Shown: one piece after another, positions 60,780 through 64,000 of the stretch | Numbering within the stretch: the first letter of the stretch is position 1 | How the letters are laid out: every line of letters begins with the position of its first letter | Source: Ostrea edulis | Taxonomy: Eukaryota | Direction of reading: 5' to 3' | NCBI RefSeq assembly: GCF_947568905.1 | Contig: NC_079173.1 | Coordinates: 33,852,001-33,916,000 of the forward strand | DNA length: 64,000 nucleotides | The notes under the pieces: model-generated | The model's input: the letters and a program-made list of their open reading frames with translations, nothing else | Told to the model about the DNA's origin: nothing | Database searches by the model: none | Program-made: the position numbers and the translations under genes

Positions 60780-61460
60780 GGCACCAAATTATCAAGTGAA
60801 GCATGCCATTTAACAGTCTTGACCTTTTAAACTTGAAAAAGAAAAGTAATGGCATTCCTAGCCACAACAGTTTTGTTTGTATCCTGCTACAACCACCTTG
60901 ACCTTTGACCTTGAGAAACAATAGGCTTCCTCCACTTGGAATAAGGTGTATGCGTATTAAATTTGACACTCCTAGCACCAACGGTTCGGTCTGTATACCT
61001 ACAAGGTTTTCCTACTAAGTAAACCTATGACCCTGACCTTTGACCTCTGACCTTGAATAAAATAGGCATCTTCTTCTCATCATGGTGATCAAATATACCA
61101 AGTTATAATTTCCAGGAGCTTACGGTTCGGTTTGTATCCTGCCCACAAGGTTTTCCTAATAAGTGATACTACGACCTTGACCTTGAAAAACAATAGGCAT
61201 CTTCCTCTCATCATGGTGATCAAATATACCAAGTTATAATATCCTGGAGCTTACGGTTCGGTTTGTATTCTGCCCACAAGGTTTTCCTAATAAATGATAC
61301 TACGACCTTGACCCTTGACCTTGAAAAACTATAGGCATCTTCTTCTCATCGTGGTGATCAAATGTACCAAGTTGTAAAGTCCTAAGGCTTATGGTTCAGT
61401 CTGTATCCTGCCCACAAGGTCCGGACAGACGGACAGACAGACGGACGACGCCATTCCATC
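60780..61460. mobile_element. Helentron/HINE-type non-autonomous element: about 4 tandem monomers of roughly 130-150 bp followed by a GACA/GACG microsatellite
   Basis: Recurrent gaccttgaccttgaaaaacaataggcatcttc.tctcatc.tggtgatcaaat.taccaagtt…; terminal ggacagacggacagacagacggacg. Confidence 0.6.
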
Positions 61461-62309
61461 TTTTTCTTCGACGTCTTCGACAGGCGTATAAAAACCACAA
61501 CGTTTGTGAAAAACTATGGAAGCCTGTGTGTCCGCGGCAAAAAACAGTGCGAGGTAACAAAATAAATGGCGGACCCTCATTTTTACAAAAACGAAATTGC
61601 TTTTTCAATTCAAATATAACTAACATAAAAAAAATTGACTTGCTCTAGAAAAGCGTACGCTAAAAAGTGACAATACAGCCCCGATATTCTCAATCGAACA
61701 CTAATAATAATATACTGAAATCTCATTGGTCATTGCTATGTAAACTTTTCAAAATAACCCCACGACACTTCCGCTATTGAAATTCTAACATGTCGTTAGG
61801 ACAAATATTTCTCGCTATACTATTGTAACGCGAGAAATTACAAGTCCACACTTCACGATTATACACCTAATAATAAAATGAAAAGACAAACAATTGACTA
61901 AACTGCATTGTAGCGCACTGTGCGAAATGACCTAGAAAAGCACCAAAGAAAGGAAGTGATTAAAAGAAAAATGTGCACGTACGAATGAATAAATAAAACT
62001 AAAGACCTAGCTTCTTTGACACTTGTAAACGATTTTCATTAGAATCTTTAACATAAATGTTTTTTTATTTTGTCTAGCCGTGTAACTGAGTTTTTTATTT
62101 TTACATATAAACTTTGCGTTGCCAGGCGACCTGAAAATAGGTTTGAAAATAAAATGATCAGAAGACAAATCAATCTTTGCTTCAGACACAAAACGTAAAA
62201 ACATGCTATAAGGACAGCTGCAAGTAAAAGCCTTCGATACAAGTATTTCAGAACCTGAAGCTCATCTGTTTTAGATCGATGAATAATGATTTTTAAATAA
62301 TCTGCTTCA

Positions 62310-64000
62310 ACTGTAACTTAGGACTAGTAAACTTCAGTGAGAGATACATTCCAAATCTGGCAACTGAGACGGTTGACAAAGAAGAACTCAACATTTGTTT
62401 GGGGAGAAAAACAGAAGCGGAGTTTTGAACTTTTCGCAACTGGAAAGGGGGTAAGTGACCCAGACCAGAAGAAAGCATTGTTGTTACATTGTGCTGGGCC
62501 AGACGTGCAAGACGTTTACTTCACGTTAACAGAAGTTGATAGTGAACATAGTGACACAGTATACACAGTGGCGGTAAAACGTTGGACAAGCATTTCGAGA
62601 ACAAAGTAAATGTGTCGTATGAACGATATGTGTTCCGGAAAATTACGCAAACTGACAAGGAAACTGTGGAGCAGTTTATTATAAGACTGAGACAACAAGC
62701 AGTGTTCTGTGACTTTACTAATGTTGACGAACATATTCGGGATCAAGTTATTGAAAAATTCCGATCTCATATAATTTGAGAGAGGGAAAAATTTAACGTT
62801 AACACAGTTGTGAACAGAATTCATGGAGCCGGAGCTAAGCCAAAATGCATAGGTGAGACTGTGATAAACATGATAAAAAGTGTTTCCGATGTGGAAAACA
62901 AGGACACTTTGCAAAGGATTTGTCATGTTCCGCAAGAGATCAGAACTGTAAAAAATGTGGCAAAATCGGACATTTTATGAAATGATGTATGACCAAATCG
63001 AAGTCAGGTAGACGTAAAGCAGACATACGAGGGAAAGTTCAGATGCTAAATTATGGATTACAAGATGACAATGTGAGAGATGTGTATGCATTTAGTGTTG
63101 GTATATCTGGGAAATCCAGTGACAGAGCCAAGGTCTGTGTTGGAGGTCACCCAGTTGAATTTATTATTGACAGCGGTGCATCAATGAATATAATTGACAA
63201 AGAACAGTGGGAAGATCTGAAAAAGAAAAAAATGTCATTCAGAAAAATGTGTGAAAAAAATGTATGCGTATGGTGCAACAGAACCATTAAACTTGTTAGG
63301 AAAATTCCATGCACAGATTTCTATTTCTGACACAGACAACTGGAGTGAAGCTGAAATCTTTGTGCTAAATGGAGGAGGACCAGCATTGTTGGGAAAAGAT
63401 ACTGGAATGAAGTTAGGCATTTTGAAACTTGAAGTTAATACTCTGACATCAGATAACATCATTCGTGAATTTCATGACGGTTTTGATGGCATTGAAAAGT
63501 TGAAAGACTTTAAGTTAAAACTGCATATTGATAAACGTGTGAAACCTGTTGCACAAGTGATGTACCGTATTCCGTATAGTTTGAGGAACAAAGTAGGTCA
63601 GCAACTAGAAGGACATGAATCACAGGATATAATTGAGAGAGTCAATGATCAAACACCATGGGTTAGTCCAGTCATTGTTGTACCAAAACCGAATGGTGAC
63701 ATTAGGTTGTGCCTGGACATGAGACAAGTCAATGCTGCGATTGTTTCTGAAAGGCACCCTATACCCACAGTGTATGAAATTCTGTATAACGTCAATGGAA
63801 GCGAAATATTTAGTAAACTTGACCTCAGGAATGGTTACTATCAAATCGAGTTAGAAGAATCATCGAGGGAGATCACTACTTTTGTGACATACAAAGGCTT
63901 ATACCGATACAAAAGACTAATGTTTGGTATATCATCTGCTCCTGAAAAGTATCAACAAGTGATTTCTCAAGTATTTCATGACTGTGAAGGAGTACAGAAC
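62310..64000 (+). mobile_element. Ty3/Gypsy retrotransposon, degenerate gag-pro-RT, running off the right edge
   Basis: Gag KKALLLHCAG and YERYVFR…Q…E.VEQFIIRLR; CCHC knuckles [13 protein letters not shown] at about 62881; protease FIIDSGAS; RT PWVSPVIVVPKPNGDIRLCLDMR … FSKLDLRNGYYQI … LYRYKRLMFG. Several frameshifts and stops. Confidence 0.93.

Overview
AT-rich eukaryotic DNA with spliceosomal introns. The repeat content resembles an oyster-type bivalve (inference, not confirmed). Four protein-coding loci are supported. (1) The 5' part of a minus-strand gene with a 1580-nt Ser-rich exon at 187-1766. (2, 3) A divergently oriented pair of paralogous small genes with no recognisable family: gene A (minus, 177 aa) and gene B (plus, 172 aa). 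Their first coding exons are 58/85 aa identical with no gaps, and gene B carries a second, diverged copy of the shared module. (4) A complete 8-exon aldo-keto reductase (minus, 338 aa, 26923-50780) with the Asp/Tyr/Lys/His tetrad intact. About a fifth of the window is minisatellite; much of the rest is MITEs, SINEs, LINE and Gypsy remnants, often nested. The most striking pattern is that four tandem repeats are built from exon-intron junctions themselves: about 15 donors at AKR exon 7 (each unit also reads as branchpoint-pyrimidine-CAG|GT, like a recursive splice site), 20 acceptors at AKR exon 5, 2 donors at AKR exon 4 and 3 donors at gene A exon 1. In each case checked, using a decoy site introduces an in-frame stop. 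A 4.1-kb Mutator-like element sits 31 nt upstream of the AKR ATG and duplicates an ETS-like CCGGAAG motif. All coordinates were read by hand. Family assignments of repeats rest on TIR/TSD structure and recalled motifs, not database searches.
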